Shown here: in pieces, positions 32,763-43,078 of the stretch
Layout of the letters: every line of letters starts with the position of its first letter
Position numbering within the stretch: the stretch's first letter is position 1
Assembly: GCA_003707115.1 (NCBI GenBank)
Contig: PPNB01000010.1
Coordinates: forward strand, 248,001 to 303,499
Origin: Tortispora ganteri
Lineage: Eukaryota
Length of the DNA stretch: 55,499 bases
Direction of reading: 5' to 3'
Translations under genes and position numbers: made by a program
Notes under the pieces: model-generated
Databases searched by the model: none
What the model was told of the DNA's origin: nothing
The model's input: only the letters and a program-made list of their open reading frames with translations

Positions 32763-33155
32763 ATGGCCGCCGTGTACAGCAAGAAGATTGTCAAAAAGAA
32801 AACTACACGATTTAACCGCTTCCAAAGCGACAGAATCATTGGTGTTGCTCCTTCATGGCGCAAACCCAAGGGTATTGACGGTGCCATGAGACGCCGATTC
32901 CGTGGCCAACCTAAGATGCCTAAAATCGGATACGGCTCAAACAACAGAACCAAGCACTTAAACCCCTCTGGACGCAAGGTAATTGTTGTTAACAATGTTG
33001 CTGACCTCGACATGCTTACTCTTCACACCAAGACCTACGCCGCTGAGATTGCAAGCGCTGTCTCATCAAAGAAGAGAGTTGACATTGTCAAGAAAGCCCG
33101 TGCTATGGGTATTCAGGTCACTAACAGCTCTGCTCGTCTCCGTGCTGAGGCTTAA
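32763..33155 (+). CDS. RPL32: 60S ribosomal protein L32 (eL32), intronless
   Basis: KIVKKKT..F.RFQSDR...SWRKPKGID...[15 protein letters not shown], 130 aa. Confidence 0.98.
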   Translation: MAAVYSKKIVKKKTTRFNRFQSDRIIGVAPSWRKPKGIDGAMRRRFRGQPKMPKIGYGSNNRTKHLNPSGRKVIVVNNVADLDMLTLHTKTYAAEIASAVSSKKRVDIVKKARAMGIQVTNSSARLRAEA

Positions 33156-33338
33156 GCTTATCTTTTTACGTTATGTTATTTCTTCTAACCCCTTCATTTT
33201 CGAAAAGATAATCTTTTCTCATTACGATCTTACGTTAATGTGCGTATGGTCCTCTCCTTAACGCTGAATCTAGGTGCAGGATATGCAATATTCTCATATT
33301 TTTTACTGCGTAGTATTGTACACTAATTCATATTTCGC

Positions 33339-36300
33339 CTAGAAAGAATACATGTAGTGATGTTGGTGGTACAGTTTGCGTGCTTCCAACTGATCAGCGT
33401 GGTATCGCAGCACTGATGCATACAGCGCATTCAGCCCTATGCCGCCGTTTGGGCCAGTATACCGCGGTGTATCCACATCTAGCACCAGTGCGCACCGTCT
33501 ACATAATGCCACTGCTGTCTTTCCGTGCGTTTGATGCTCGTCAGCTGCACGCCGCATCTCCTTGCTGGCTATCGGTCCTGTGGCTGTCCAGTGTTGAATG
33601 TCCTGCAACAACGATAGACCGCCGCTGGCAATAGCATACTGCGAATTCTGCTGTAGCAATTCCATCCTATCTACCCAAAGCGACAAACAAATCACACAAT
33701 AAAATATTGCAGCCATAGTCGCGGTAGACAATCTTTCGACCGATTCGCGCGGGTCGCGCTGTTCGCAGGGCGCACCATTGGTTTGATCCTGTGACAATGC
33801 CTCAATAATGTAACATGAATTGCCTTTAGGCAGTCGAGAGCTGAACATCAAGAATGTATTGGTAATAAGCGACTTCGCCATTCTGAACAGAGTCGTAACA
33901 TCGGCAATGACCTCCTCTATTTGTTTTGGATCGTGAACAAAGCGCGCGTCTTCTGTACTCAGTGCGTTCAGGTCCTGATGGACCTCGGTAACATCCTGCC
34001 TGTAGCGCAAAGCACACGTAATACGGTACATAGTAGACCGTGGAATCTTCGGAATAGCAGGAGCCTGTCTATTCCTGGCGTTGCCGTTGTCCGTGATCTC
34101 TTCCGGATAGAAATCTGAAGGGCCACCGAATAGTGCGCCTATTAATTCTATCTGGCAGAGGTTCACAACAGATCTTGCAAGAAAAAGGAGTGGATGTGTA
34201 AGGACTTGATCATGAGAAAAGTAATATGCATTCACAAAATAGTTAGGTGTGGTCATCATTGAATCAAGGTATTTCTCTAATGTAGACACTGCTTTCACTA
34301 ATCTCGGTTGCGTAGAATGTGCGGTTTTAGGCTCATATATAAGGCACTCAACAGCAGAAGCTTTTCTTATATAATTGTAAAGAGCACATGCAAGGACCAT
34401 GGCACCAAATGGAGAATGAAGACAATCTGATAGCGTGTCCTGAGTATGAATATCATACAAGCCCATTTGGTGTTTCCCGGTAATCGGATGATCGCTGAGT
34501 AGTAATCTCAAAAGGGTTCCAATTGAGGCAGGTTTTCTGTCAGAGCTAATTGATTCTAATTCGTGATATCTTATAAGAAACTTGCTAGGGTTCCGCGTAA
34601 ATTGTTGCTGGTTGTCGGAGTTCATCCAAAGACTTTCGCTGCAAGGAAGAGACATTTCTGCAAACTCCAAGTTCATTAGGGGATCCGGTACAGAAATATC
34701 CAGGTTATAAGAGGCCCGCATCATAACTGAAAGAACATAAGCGCCGCAGACTGTGCGATGAATGGCCTCTTCCGATATCCAATCTGCAAGACTTTGTGTG
34801 CCCATTCGCATTGCCCCATATTCTTCGCGACCGTTTGGAAATCTAGAATGGTACTCCGTAGCATTAAGATCAAAAGATTTTGAATGAGAGTCGGAGTTCG
34901 AACGCATATACTCTTCATATGTCGAGTTAGACAACAAGTTAGTCAAACTTGCCTGAATGGATATCATATGGTCGACCATCCATGAGTTTCCGTATCTGAG
35001 CACGTATAATAAGTTGAGCGCTGCTGTTTGTAAAATCCATACAGGACAGGAGTGTGATACTTTTGCAAAATGAGGGTGTGCGCCTAACGAGGAGCCGTTA
35101 CTTGTTCTGCGAATGCTCGAAAGGTTAGCAGTAGCAGCGTTGAACTGAGACATGGCCTGCATGACAAGTTTATAGCTGGCATGGAAGAGCTTGGCAGAGA
35201 CGTCATCAGACGATTCAGGGATATGTTTTGCACCTAAAGCAAGTACAGATAGTATCAGAGGAGAAGAAACTCTTGCGGGGATAAAAGATGCAATATGCAA
35301 GATAGGGAAACTAGGATGAATGCGCACAAAGTAGGCAGCAATGCATGCATTCAAGAAGTCGGTCTGCGGAAAATCATAATCTGTCATTACTGTACCGTTT
35401 GGATCCCAAGTAGCTATATTTTCAATAATCAGCGAGCGTGTAAAGTTCGATATAGAAATAGCAGCGAGGCCCATGGCCGGTAGGTCCAATATTGGCTTTC
35501 TGCGAGAATAAGAAGAGTCAGGGTAGTCGTAGACATTCTCGTTACGCAATACAGGCAGGGATTCATGCTGAGAAAGGCCCGATGGAGAAGTCGGTTGAGG
35601 AGGAGAGTGTGCGTTAATGTGAGACTGTGGTGGCTGCTGTATTGGCGGTTGTTTTTGCGACTCTTGTTGTGAGTGTTGTGACTGCGGTGATGGCAGTTGT
35701 GGTGGTGGCGGCGGCCTCGGCGGCTGCTGCGACGTCAGTGATGGCAGCGAATGCGGCTGATCAATCATAGTAGGTTGGCTGTAGGAAGGCGGCCTATAGT
35801 TTTTGAGATCTGTCATAAGGGCGGCGGTGGACAACTCAACGCCAGCATTGACGCTGTCGACAGAGCCGTTTACAGTATGAATTCCATTTTGGAGGCCGTT
35901 CGAGCAATTTTTCGAGTGTGTTTCAGTGATACTAGTGGATTCATGGACAGAAACGGGCAACGACTGGCTTTCCTGCGCAGCTACCGATACGAGTTTGGCG
36001 AACGAAGATGTTGAAGGTGCTGCGTAGAAGGGTGGTGGAGACGAAACAGCAGCTGGGGGTGCAGTGTTCTTGGGGTATGAACCAGCAGGAAGAGGTCGTT
36101 TTTTAGTAAAGGAAGATGAGAATTTTGCATGGACGGTGCGTTCGTGTCTAAGCAAGAGATCTCTACGAACGAAAGAGACGGAGCATATAGAGCAACTGAA
36201 AGGCCGTTCCTTTGTGTGTGAGCGTTCGTGCCTTATCTTGTGCTCTGAGCGGCTAAAATCCTTAGAGCAGTAAGAGCACGTATATTTACGCTCAGATTTG

Positions 36301-36419
36301 CGTTTTGGAGGGTTTGAATTGGGGAGCTGAGATCGCGAACCAGTCGAGAGAGTGATGACAGACTGCATACTGGTTAGCGGTGGAGGAGTAGACCCCTGAG
36401 CCATAGAAAGGTCTGACAT
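33339..36419 (-). CDS. C2H2 zinc-finger transcription factor with fungal TF middle domain (Adr1/Tda9/AmdX-like)
   Basis: Two fingers, YTCSYCSKDFSRSEHKIRHERSHTKERPFSCSICSVSFVRRDLLLRHERTVH, plus YFVRIHPSFPILH and LPCSESLW. Confidence 0.9.
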   Translation of the reverse strand: MSDLSMAQGSTPPPLTSMQSVITLSTGSRSQLPNSNPPKRKSERKYTCSYCSKDFSRSEHKIRHERSHTKERPFSCSICSVSFVRRDLLLRHERTVHAKFSSSFTKKRPLPAGSYPKNTAPPAAVSSPPPFYAAPSTSSFAKLVSVAAQESQSLPVSVHESTSITETHSKNCSNGLQNGIHTVNGSVDSVNAGVELSTAALMTDLKNYRPPSYSQPTMIDQPHSLPSLTSQQPPRPPPPPQLPSPQSQHSQQESQKQPPIQQPPQSHINAHSPPQPTSPSGLSQHESLPVLRNENVYDYPDSSYSRRKPILDLPAMGLAAISISNFTRSLIIENIATWDPNGTVMTDYDFPQTDFLNACIAAYFVRIHPSFPILHIASFIPARVSSPLILSVLALGAKHIPESSDDVSAKLFHASYKLVMQAMSQFNAATANLSSIRRTSNGSSLGAHPHFAKVSHSCPVWILQTAALNLLYVLRYGNSWMVDHMISIQASLTNLLSNSTYEEYMRSNSDSHSKSFDLNATEYHSRFPNGREEYGAMRMGTQSLADWISEEAIHRTVCGAYVLSVMMRASYNLDISVPDPLMNLEFAEMSLPCSESLWMNSDNQQQFTRNPSKFLIRYHELESISSDRKPASIGTLLRLLLSDHPITGKHQMGLYDIHTQDTLSDCLHSPFGAMVLACALYNYIRKASAVECLIYEPKTAHSTQPRLVKAVSTLEKYLDSMMTTPNYFVNAYYFSHDQVLTHPLLFLARSVVNLCQIELIGALFGGPSDFYPEEITDNGNARNRQAPAIPKIPRSTMYRITCALRYRQDVTEVHQDLNALSTEDARFVHDPKQIEEVIADVTTLFRMAKSLITNTFLMFSSRLPKGNSCYIIEALSQDQTNGAPCEQRDPRESVERLSTATMAAIFYCVICLSLWVDRMELLQQNSQYAIASGGLSLLQDIQHWTATGPIASKEMRRAADEHQTHGKTAVALCRRCALVLDVDTPRYTGPNGGIGLNALYASVLRYHADQLEARKLYHQHHYMYSF

Positions 36420-37567
36420 TTGTCAGGGGTGCCAAAGCAGATCGGTAGCAAAATTATGAGAAATTATACAGTGCTACTTGAGATTGTTCTGGTGTGTTTA
36501 CAGGGGATTAGACATGTGCGCGAAACGACTACATGGTGCCCAGTGCTGTTATGTATTGGGAAAAAGCGGGGAAAGTAGAGGAAATAAAGTTTCTTAATGG
36601 AGGGGAGAAATATGTCGCGGACAGAGGCGGGGCTGAACTTAAGGGGAACAGATTGTTAGCAAACAAGGCTTTATAACGGCATGAATTGGCAGTCGAATTA
36701 CTTTATGTTTATAAAATTATATGCAAATAATCTTACTAATGTTCAGATAACTATGTAGAATAACCAATCCGGGTTTTTGCTGGTTCAGCGATCCAAAGTG
36801 GGAAGTTGTTATATGGTGTGTGAATATGTACCCCCACTTGGAATGGAAGTGAGTCATATTGGGTATATGCGATCTATATGCCCAAAAAAACCCCAGATAG
36901 TACTATCAGTAAATATTAACATTAAACACTGAAGTATTGCTTATGTAATGTTATAGTTACTCAGACTCCTATAAAACGCCCGCAGTGCAAGGGCTAGACT
37001 GGTAACCGAAAACAACAATGCCGGTCGAGCGAGACAATTGATCAGCAGAAAGAAGATAAAGTTTAACATTGAAGTTTTTGACCAATAAGAAGTACTGAAG
37101 TAATCATGGCTCGCGTGCCGGTGTTCAGGGAAAGGGACCCTTGCTGGCTCATAGGGTCCTGTATTGTGTTTTTTATTTTTTTGACGTATTTCTAAAATTC
37201 GTAAAATCTTCTTTACTTTATCAGCAAACTCCATAGAGCGATTAAATGCTGTTTGGAGGTTACAAAGTACTACTATATTGTATAATTTAATAATACTGGC
37301 AACTTCTTAGCGTAAACCCCTTCGCCCTCATAACTGTTAAAACTGTCTGACCGCACCATCCCCAACCCTCATAATCTAGCTTAGTAGCTTATCCACCACA
37401 TTCATCTATTCAGTCATAACATCCAATCAACACTCTACGATTTCTGAGCGATCCATTTAATTTATTTTTACACTCTAACTGAGTGTTACTTTCCTTTACA
37501 GCTATTCCATTCCCCATTCTTCCTGCTACTTTCTGTGGCCGTCTGTGACCGCCTCCACTGCACCAAA

Positions 37568-40500
37568 ATGGCTTCGATACCTCAGGCCGGCCCTGATGGC
37601 TATCTGTACGCTGTCTCTCTGGACCAGAAGGTCTCGCGTGGTATTCCCTTTCATCAATGGGACCCCACGCATTCGATATCGGCCTCATTGCGCGCCCAGG
37701 GTTTCTCACCTCCTGACCTTGAAGCCGCCGCAAAGCTTTACGTCCCGGATCCTGAACCCGTAAAACACGTCATGAACCAGGCCTCCCGCCAATCAGCCCT
37801 CTACATCTACGAAAAACAAAAGCGAAAAAAACAGATCCAGGCTGCACGCCATAAGGCTCATGCTCTCTCCCTCACAGGTTCCATTACAGAGTCAGAGTCC
37901 TCTGATAACGAATCAGCAGAAATTAACATGAACAAGGAATCTGTTATAGACCTCTGGAAAATTCCAGACATAGCAGTCTCTGATAACTCTGGATTGACTC
38001 ATCCTCCCTCCTGGGAATACTTGCTCAACCAAATGCAGACAAGCATCGCTGATATACACTCATGTCTCACCCACTTCTCCTCTTCCTCCTCTTCGCCTAC
38101 AAAAGACCTCATCCAGCTCGCTGAACGCGCTGTGTTTACCCTGCATGATATTAATTTGGCTGCAGGCAATCCCGGCCTACTACCTCCTCCCAAGTACTCA
38201 ACAGTACAGGGCCCTTTCATATCACTCGCAGTACGCCTTTCTAGATTCATAGGTAAATGCTTTTATATCGCTTCAGCCTGCATCGAATGGCCTTTGAGTT
38301 CTCCACGCAGATACATTCTGCCTCAAAATATTGCTCGGTCCGCTCTCATAAGCGCTCCAGAAGAACTCTCTTTGGAATCAGACGTAATATCGCGAACCAA
38401 GGACTTTATTCATGAAGCTCGCATCATCTCGGGAAGAAATGCCCGAACAAGCTCCGTTTCTACTGTCTCAAGCTCATTGAGTGGACTTTCTTTGGAGTCA
38501 CAAAGTGATATGGTTCCTGTGCCGTCTCTTAGACCTATTGCTGTCGCTAACCCTTCTGCTTACTCTGGGTTTGCCGGCTTTTCTGGACCTTTATGGCAAA
38601 ATTTCTCATCTGTCCCTTTCAATGAAGACCTTGCGAACATTGTAGCTCATCATAAACAGCTGATTATTGGTGCTGCGGACTTCTTCGACGAATGCCTAAC
38701 GCTGTTAAATGCAATGCTTTCAGAAGATGAGTTTGGCCAAGAAATGATTCGTCACGCAACTGCGGCATTCGGCGCCTCTTCTGAGTCTGGCCTCACATAT
38801 CAGTTTTTTTTCAAAACATTCGGCTCTCATTTTGCTGCGTTAACTAATTTTGGCACTGTACTTGACTCAATTGATTTAAGTGCACTTATCCAAAAACCGT
38901 CTAGTGGTTCATCGGCTAATCTTCATTCAATTGATCCAATGAATAGCAGAAAAGGATCTGCTTCTACTATTGGATCTGCCGGTTCGACTCAAGAACCTGA
39001 TTTCAGCCACATAACACCGACTCTGGCTGATTTTTTTGAAGTTCGTAAAGAATACTTCGATTCTGTCGCTGATCTGGCCATGGAAAGTCAATCAGTGCTG
39101 TCTGGTACGTGGTTTAACAGTACTGCCAACGTATCAGTCAGCTACGATACTGGAGGTCTGCCTTCCTCTATCTATGATCCCGAGTTGTCTCATATTTATG
39201 AGATAGATAACAATGTCCTTAAACGAGAGGCTATTGCTCGATTGCGCGAAATGACAAAAGAAATGAACACTCTAGTCTCTCGGGTTGAACTAAGCTTGCA
39301 GCTGCTATTGGAAGAGTCTAAGAACCAGGCTCAAGAGATAATTACTCAAAGATACAAATCTAATCACCAATTTAGGGGCAGATCTGATCGTCCAGAGGAA
39401 GTCTCGTTACTGTTCCGCGAACCCAACAAGGCAGCCAAAATCTTAGGACTAAGTGCTACGAAGGATGATACAACCTTTGATGATTCTCTCTCCGTTGACA
39501 AAAATGTATCTCAAAAGAAAATGTCTATGGATGTTGGGCATAGTCGCAGCGGACCTGATGAAGAACCATCGTGGCTGCGCCTTGACCTGCAGCGAGAACT
39601 TCTGCTCGATAATAAGAAGCGAGTCCGTGCTGGTACACCTGCAGCTCTTGTTGAGAATTTAACTCGCCATGATCATTATGATCCGGACTTCAACTCCTCA
39701 TTCTTATTGACATTTCGCGTTTTTATGTCCGACACTGAGCTATTTGAGCTTCTTACAGAAAGGTTTGCGATTCAGCCGCCGGAAGGACTTACCCCGACTG
39801 ATTTTGGCGAATGGGTAGCCAAAAAACAAAAACCTGTCAGATTGCGAACATTTAATGCTCTGAAAACTTGGCTGGAGAGTTATTTCTACGAGAATATTTT
39901 CCTTGATCAGCAAGGCAACTCTGAGCCAACAGAATTTATGAGAATGCGGACCCAAGAGTTTTTAAAATCCGCTTTGACTTTTGGAAATCAACTCCTGCTT
40001 CAAGGGTTTGCAACTCCGACAACAGTACAGAATTTAATTGAGATAATCAATAAGCGTTTGGATGGTGCTACCGGTACCTTAAAAGCGTTTATTCGCACAC
40101 AGGACAATCCTCCACCTTCTATTATCTCTTCGGACGTACTGAAACTGATAATTTCAAAGAAAATTGTGATTACAGATATTAACCCGGAAGAACTTGCTAG
40201 GCAATTTGCTCTTAGAAACTATCGACTGCTGGCAGCAGTTGAACCTCCCGAACTGATGCAAAAGGCATGGTCGTTAAAACCTAACAAAGATGGAACGATT
40301 CGATTAAACAGTTTGGGCATTCCTATTAGCCAAGCTCCGCATGTGCGAAGAATCATTAAATATTCTAACCTTCTGACTAATTGGCTCTCGTTACTTGTTC
40401 TCGAACAGACGGATGTTCGACGACGAGCCGGTGTTTTAAGGTACTTGATTGTATTTGCAGAGGCTTCATATGAGATCCACGATTTTTCAACGTTAATGAA

Positions 40501-40990
40501 TATTTTGTCTGCGTTATACGGATCTTCGATTTACAGATTACGAAAGACATGGAATCAGGTTGGTAGCAAGTACTGCTTGACGATTGAGAAGCTTCACCGA
40601 CTTATGAGTCCTTCTAAGAATTTTGCGCAATATCGGAAACTGTTGCATAATTTGTCACTTCCGTCCATACCGTTTATGGGTGTATATTTGACAGATTTGA
40701 CGTTTATTGAAGACGGCAATCCGGATGTGATTGAGATAGAAGACCCCAGTAAAGGCAAGCTGGTTAAGTACATTAATTTTGCAAAACACCAGAAGACAGC
40801 TGAGATTATACGTGAGATTCAGCAGTTTCAAGCCAACCCGTATGAGTTCAGGCCGCTGAAAGAAATTCAACATTGGCTGGACAGCAGACGGCAGTCTGTT
40901 GAGAATCTGAATGTTGAACGATTGTACGAGATGTCATTGGAAAGAGAGCCACGGGAAGATGATGATTACAATATGTGGCAGGTTGGTTAA
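37568..40990 (+). CDS. Cdc25-family Ras guanine nucleotide exchange factor (REM + RasGEF; no SH3 visible)
   Basis: ATG at 37568. REM motif VRAGTPAALVENLT...FLLTFRVF; GEF motifs ELARQ, SSIYRLRKTW, IPFMGVYLTDLTFIEDGN, INFAK and SLEREPRE. Confidence 0.92.
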   Translation: MASIPQAGPDGYLYAVSLDQKVSRGIPFHQWDPTHSISASLRAQGFSPPDLEAAAKLYVPDPEPVKHVMNQASRQSALYIYEKQKRKKQIQAARHKAHALSLTGSITESESSDNESAEINMNKESVIDLWKIPDIAVSDNSGLTHPPSWEYLLNQMQTSIADIHSCLTHFSSSSSSPTKDLIQLAERAVFTLHDINLAAGNPGLLPPPKYSTVQGPFISLAVRLSRFIGKCFYIASACIEWPLSSPRRYILPQNIARSALISAPEELSLESDVISRTKDFIHEARIISGRNARTSSVSTVSSSLSGLSLESQSDMVPVPSLRPIAVANPSAYSGFAGFSGPLWQNFSSVPFNEDLANIVAHHKQLIIGAADFFDECLTLLNAMLSEDEFGQEMIRHATAAFGASSESGLTYQFFFKTFGSHFAALTNFGTVLDSIDLSALIQKPSSGSSANLHSIDPMNSRKGSASTIGSAGSTQEPDFSHITPTLADFFEVRKEYFDSVADLAMESQSVLSGTWFNSTANVSVSYDTGGLPSSIYDPELSHIYEIDNNVLKREAIARLREMTKEMNTLVSRVELSLQLLLEESKNQAQEIITQRYKSNHQFRGRSDRPEEVSLLFREPNKAAKILGLSATKDDTTFDDSLSVDKNVSQKKMSMDVGHSRSGPDEEPSWLRLDLQRELLLDNKKRVRAGTPAALVENLTRHDHYDPDFNSSFLLTFRVFMSDTELFELLTERFAIQPPEGLTPTDFGEWVAKKQKPVRLRTFNALKTWLESYFYENIFLDQQGNSEPTEFMRMRTQEFLKSALTFGNQLLLQGFATPTTVQNLIEIINKRLDGATGTLKAFIRTQDNPPPSIISSDVLKLIISKKIVITDINPEELARQFALRNYRLLAAVEPPELMQKAWSLKPNKDGTIRLNSLGIPISQAPHVRRIIKYSNLLTNWLSLLVLEQTDVRRRAGVLRYLIVFAEASYEIHDFSTLMNILSALYGSSIYRLRKTWNQVGSKYCLTIEKLHRLMSPSKNFAQYRKLLHNLSLPSIPFMGVYLTDLTFIEDGNPDVIEIEDPSKGKLVKYINFAKHQKTAEIIREIQQFQANPYEFRPLKEIQHWLDSRRQSVENLNVERLYEMSLEREPREDDDYNMWQVG

Positions 40991-41060
40991 TAATGACGCT
41001 AATTGCATATTATTATGATAATGATAATTTACTGTAAGTGGTCGTAGCCTGAGTAGCAAG

Positions 41061-41750
41061 CTACAGTCGTATGCCTTGACTGATTGCATCACGGCGTTCT
41101 TCCCATAACGTCTTGCCTGAGCACGAGCAAACAGTTTTTTCGTTCTGCCAAAGGCCAGCTGAGCGTGCAATGACGCCTACCGGAGAGGAAGTATCTACAT
41201 TGCCGCTGGGGTCAGTCGAGAGGGCGACAGATCTGCCGATGAGGCTGGCAACGGTGAGGTGGGGCATTGTCTGGTAGATCTGGGCAGTTCCTGAGGCGTC
41301 GGTAAGGATCGGTGAGAGTGTATGAAGCGCAGTGCCCGTAGATAATGCGCCACGTGAGATGTCGCCAGACGATCTAATAGTCGGGTAGTAAGTGCAGTTC
41401 GGCTGTAGTTGCGAGAGAGAGACATCAAAAAGCAGAGAGGTTGTAGTGAGAGTGACCATGCGAATAAGACCGCGTATAGGAGACTTTATATTCTTGGGGT
41501 CGTGCGATTCTATGATACATACTGCAGCAGAGTCTGGAGCGCCAGAACCGCGAATAATTGCGTCGCGGCCTGTTGATTGGATAAGCTGTACGAGCCGGGA
41601 CGGAGGTGCTGAACCTGTGACTTTAACGATATCTTTGTCTACATCGCAAGAGACATTTTCTATGCGCGGGTCATTCCGAAGTGCAGTAGTTATTGAATTG
41701 GCGCAATCCTGGCAAGACATTTTCACTGAGTAAATAGATGTGTATGACAT
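41061..41750 (-). CDS. CCS1: Copper chaperone for superoxide dismutase
   Basis: N-terminal MSCQDC (MxCxxC), a SOD-like middle domain, and GVIARSAGLWQNEKTVCSCSGKTLWEER. Confidence 0.96.
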   Translation of the reverse strand: MSYTSIYSVKMSCQDCANSITTALRNDPRIENVSCDVDKDIVKVTGSAPPSRLVQLIQSTGRDAIIRGSGAPDSAAVCIIESHDPKNIKSPIRGLIRMVTLTTTSLLFDVSLSQLQPNCTYYPTIRSSGDISRGALSTGTALHTLSPILTDASGTAQIYQTMPHLTVASLIGRSVALSTDPSGNVDTSSPVGVIARSAGLWQNEKTVCSCSGKTLWEERRDAISQGIRL

Positions 41751-41851
41751 TTTGTATTATGTAATAGTCAGTTAGGGGGAGAGGAAGGAAAGTGGGAGAA
41801 GGTGGGAAGAGAGAGTATATGTGGGGGGTGTGAGAGCTAGAGCAAACCCGA

Positions 41852-42913
41852 TTATAGAACAATTCTATTGCAGAAATCTGGGTGTGGCTCGTTGAACTGG
41901 TTCAAGTTGTAACAGAGAATTCTGAGCACTCGCTCAACGTACGCGGCGGAGTGACCTGAAATATGCGGGCTGATAAGGACATTAGGTGCCTCCCATAGCG
42001 GATGGTTTGCGGGTAGGGGTTCAGGATCGGTGACATCGAGGGCAGCGCCGGTGAGCATACCAGTACAGAGTGCATTAATGAGGTCAGACGTATTAACGAG
42101 GCCACCGCGTGCAATATTGACGAGCACAGCGCCTTTCATGAGCTCAAAGGCGTCGGCATTGAAGATACTACGAGTGTCTGGAGTGAGAGGAGCCGATATG
42201 AGGACGACGTCAAGTCCACTTTTCAGGAACTCGCGAAATGTATCTCTGCCTGCGAACCATTTCGACGGGATAGTACCGTCAGGATCACCAGATCCAGGAA
42301 CAGCGATCTCCTTGTACGTTTTATTGGGCGGATTGCGATGCGAGTATGCAACGACATCCATGCCCATCGCAGAGCAAACACGAGCGACTTGACGACCTAT
42401 AGCGCCATAGCCGAAAATACCTATACGGCGACCCCACATGTCACCGAGACGCTGATTAGACTCAAGGAGTCTCTGTTGACCCCAGAAATGTTTGTTCTGC
42501 CAGCGTAGGATCGTCGGAAGCTTGTGTGAGAGCGACAGAATAGCCATGATAACCCACTCTGCTATCTGCGGTCCGTGAACACCTGATGCATTGGCGAGAA
42601 TGACATCCAGCTTCTTCTCCTTGAGCTCTTGCATATATGGTAATGTCATAAGATGGTCAATACCTGCACTAAAGGTTTGAATGTACTTCAGTTTAGGTGC
42701 GACAGCCGAGGACGGGGGTAGAATAGCGAGAGTCAATAAACAGGTGACATCCTTCCAATCTGCATCATCTATGTGTTCGTGTCTCGTTACAAGCCGAACA
42801 GTTACATTGTCTACATTTGCCACTTCTGAAAGTATGTATTTTTCTGCAGATCCAGGCACATAACCAGCCTGTTGTAGTTCAGGCAGTAGTACTAAGATAT
42901 TGCTTGCGGCCAT
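41852..42913 (-). CDS. D-isomer-specific 2-hydroxyacid dehydrogenase
   Basis: ATG at 42913. SAGIDH, NASGVHGPQIAEW, GYGAIG and catalytic NIARG / DVTDPEP / SPHISG. Confidence 0.93.
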   Translation of the reverse strand: MAASNILVLLPELQQAGYVPGSAEKYILSEVANVDNVTVRLVTRHEHIDDADWKDVTCLLTLAILPPSSAVAPKLKYIQTFSAGIDHLMTLPYMQELKEKKLDVILANASGVHGPQIAEWVIMAILSLSHKLPTILRWQNKHFWGQQRLLESNQRLGDMWGRRIGIFGYGAIGRQVARVCSAMGMDVVAYSHRNPPNKTYKEIAVPGSGDPDGTIPSKWFAGRDTFREFLKSGLDVVLISAPLTPDTRSIFNADAFELMKGAVLVNIARGGLVNTSDLINALCTGMLTGAALDVTDPEPLPANHPLWEAPNVLISPHISGHSAAYVERVLRILCYNLNQFNEPHPDFCNRIVL

Positions 42914-43078
42914 TGAACGGACGCAAGAGATAGGTGTTAACTGGGATATAATGATGACTAAGGCAGAGAGACCTCTAACTACCCAACAAATCCTCAATTT
43001 TCTTCTTGTTTGCGGCATTCTAACCGCTGTCCTATAAGCGTCTTATTAAGTCATTCTCAAAAATTATTCTTTGTGAGT

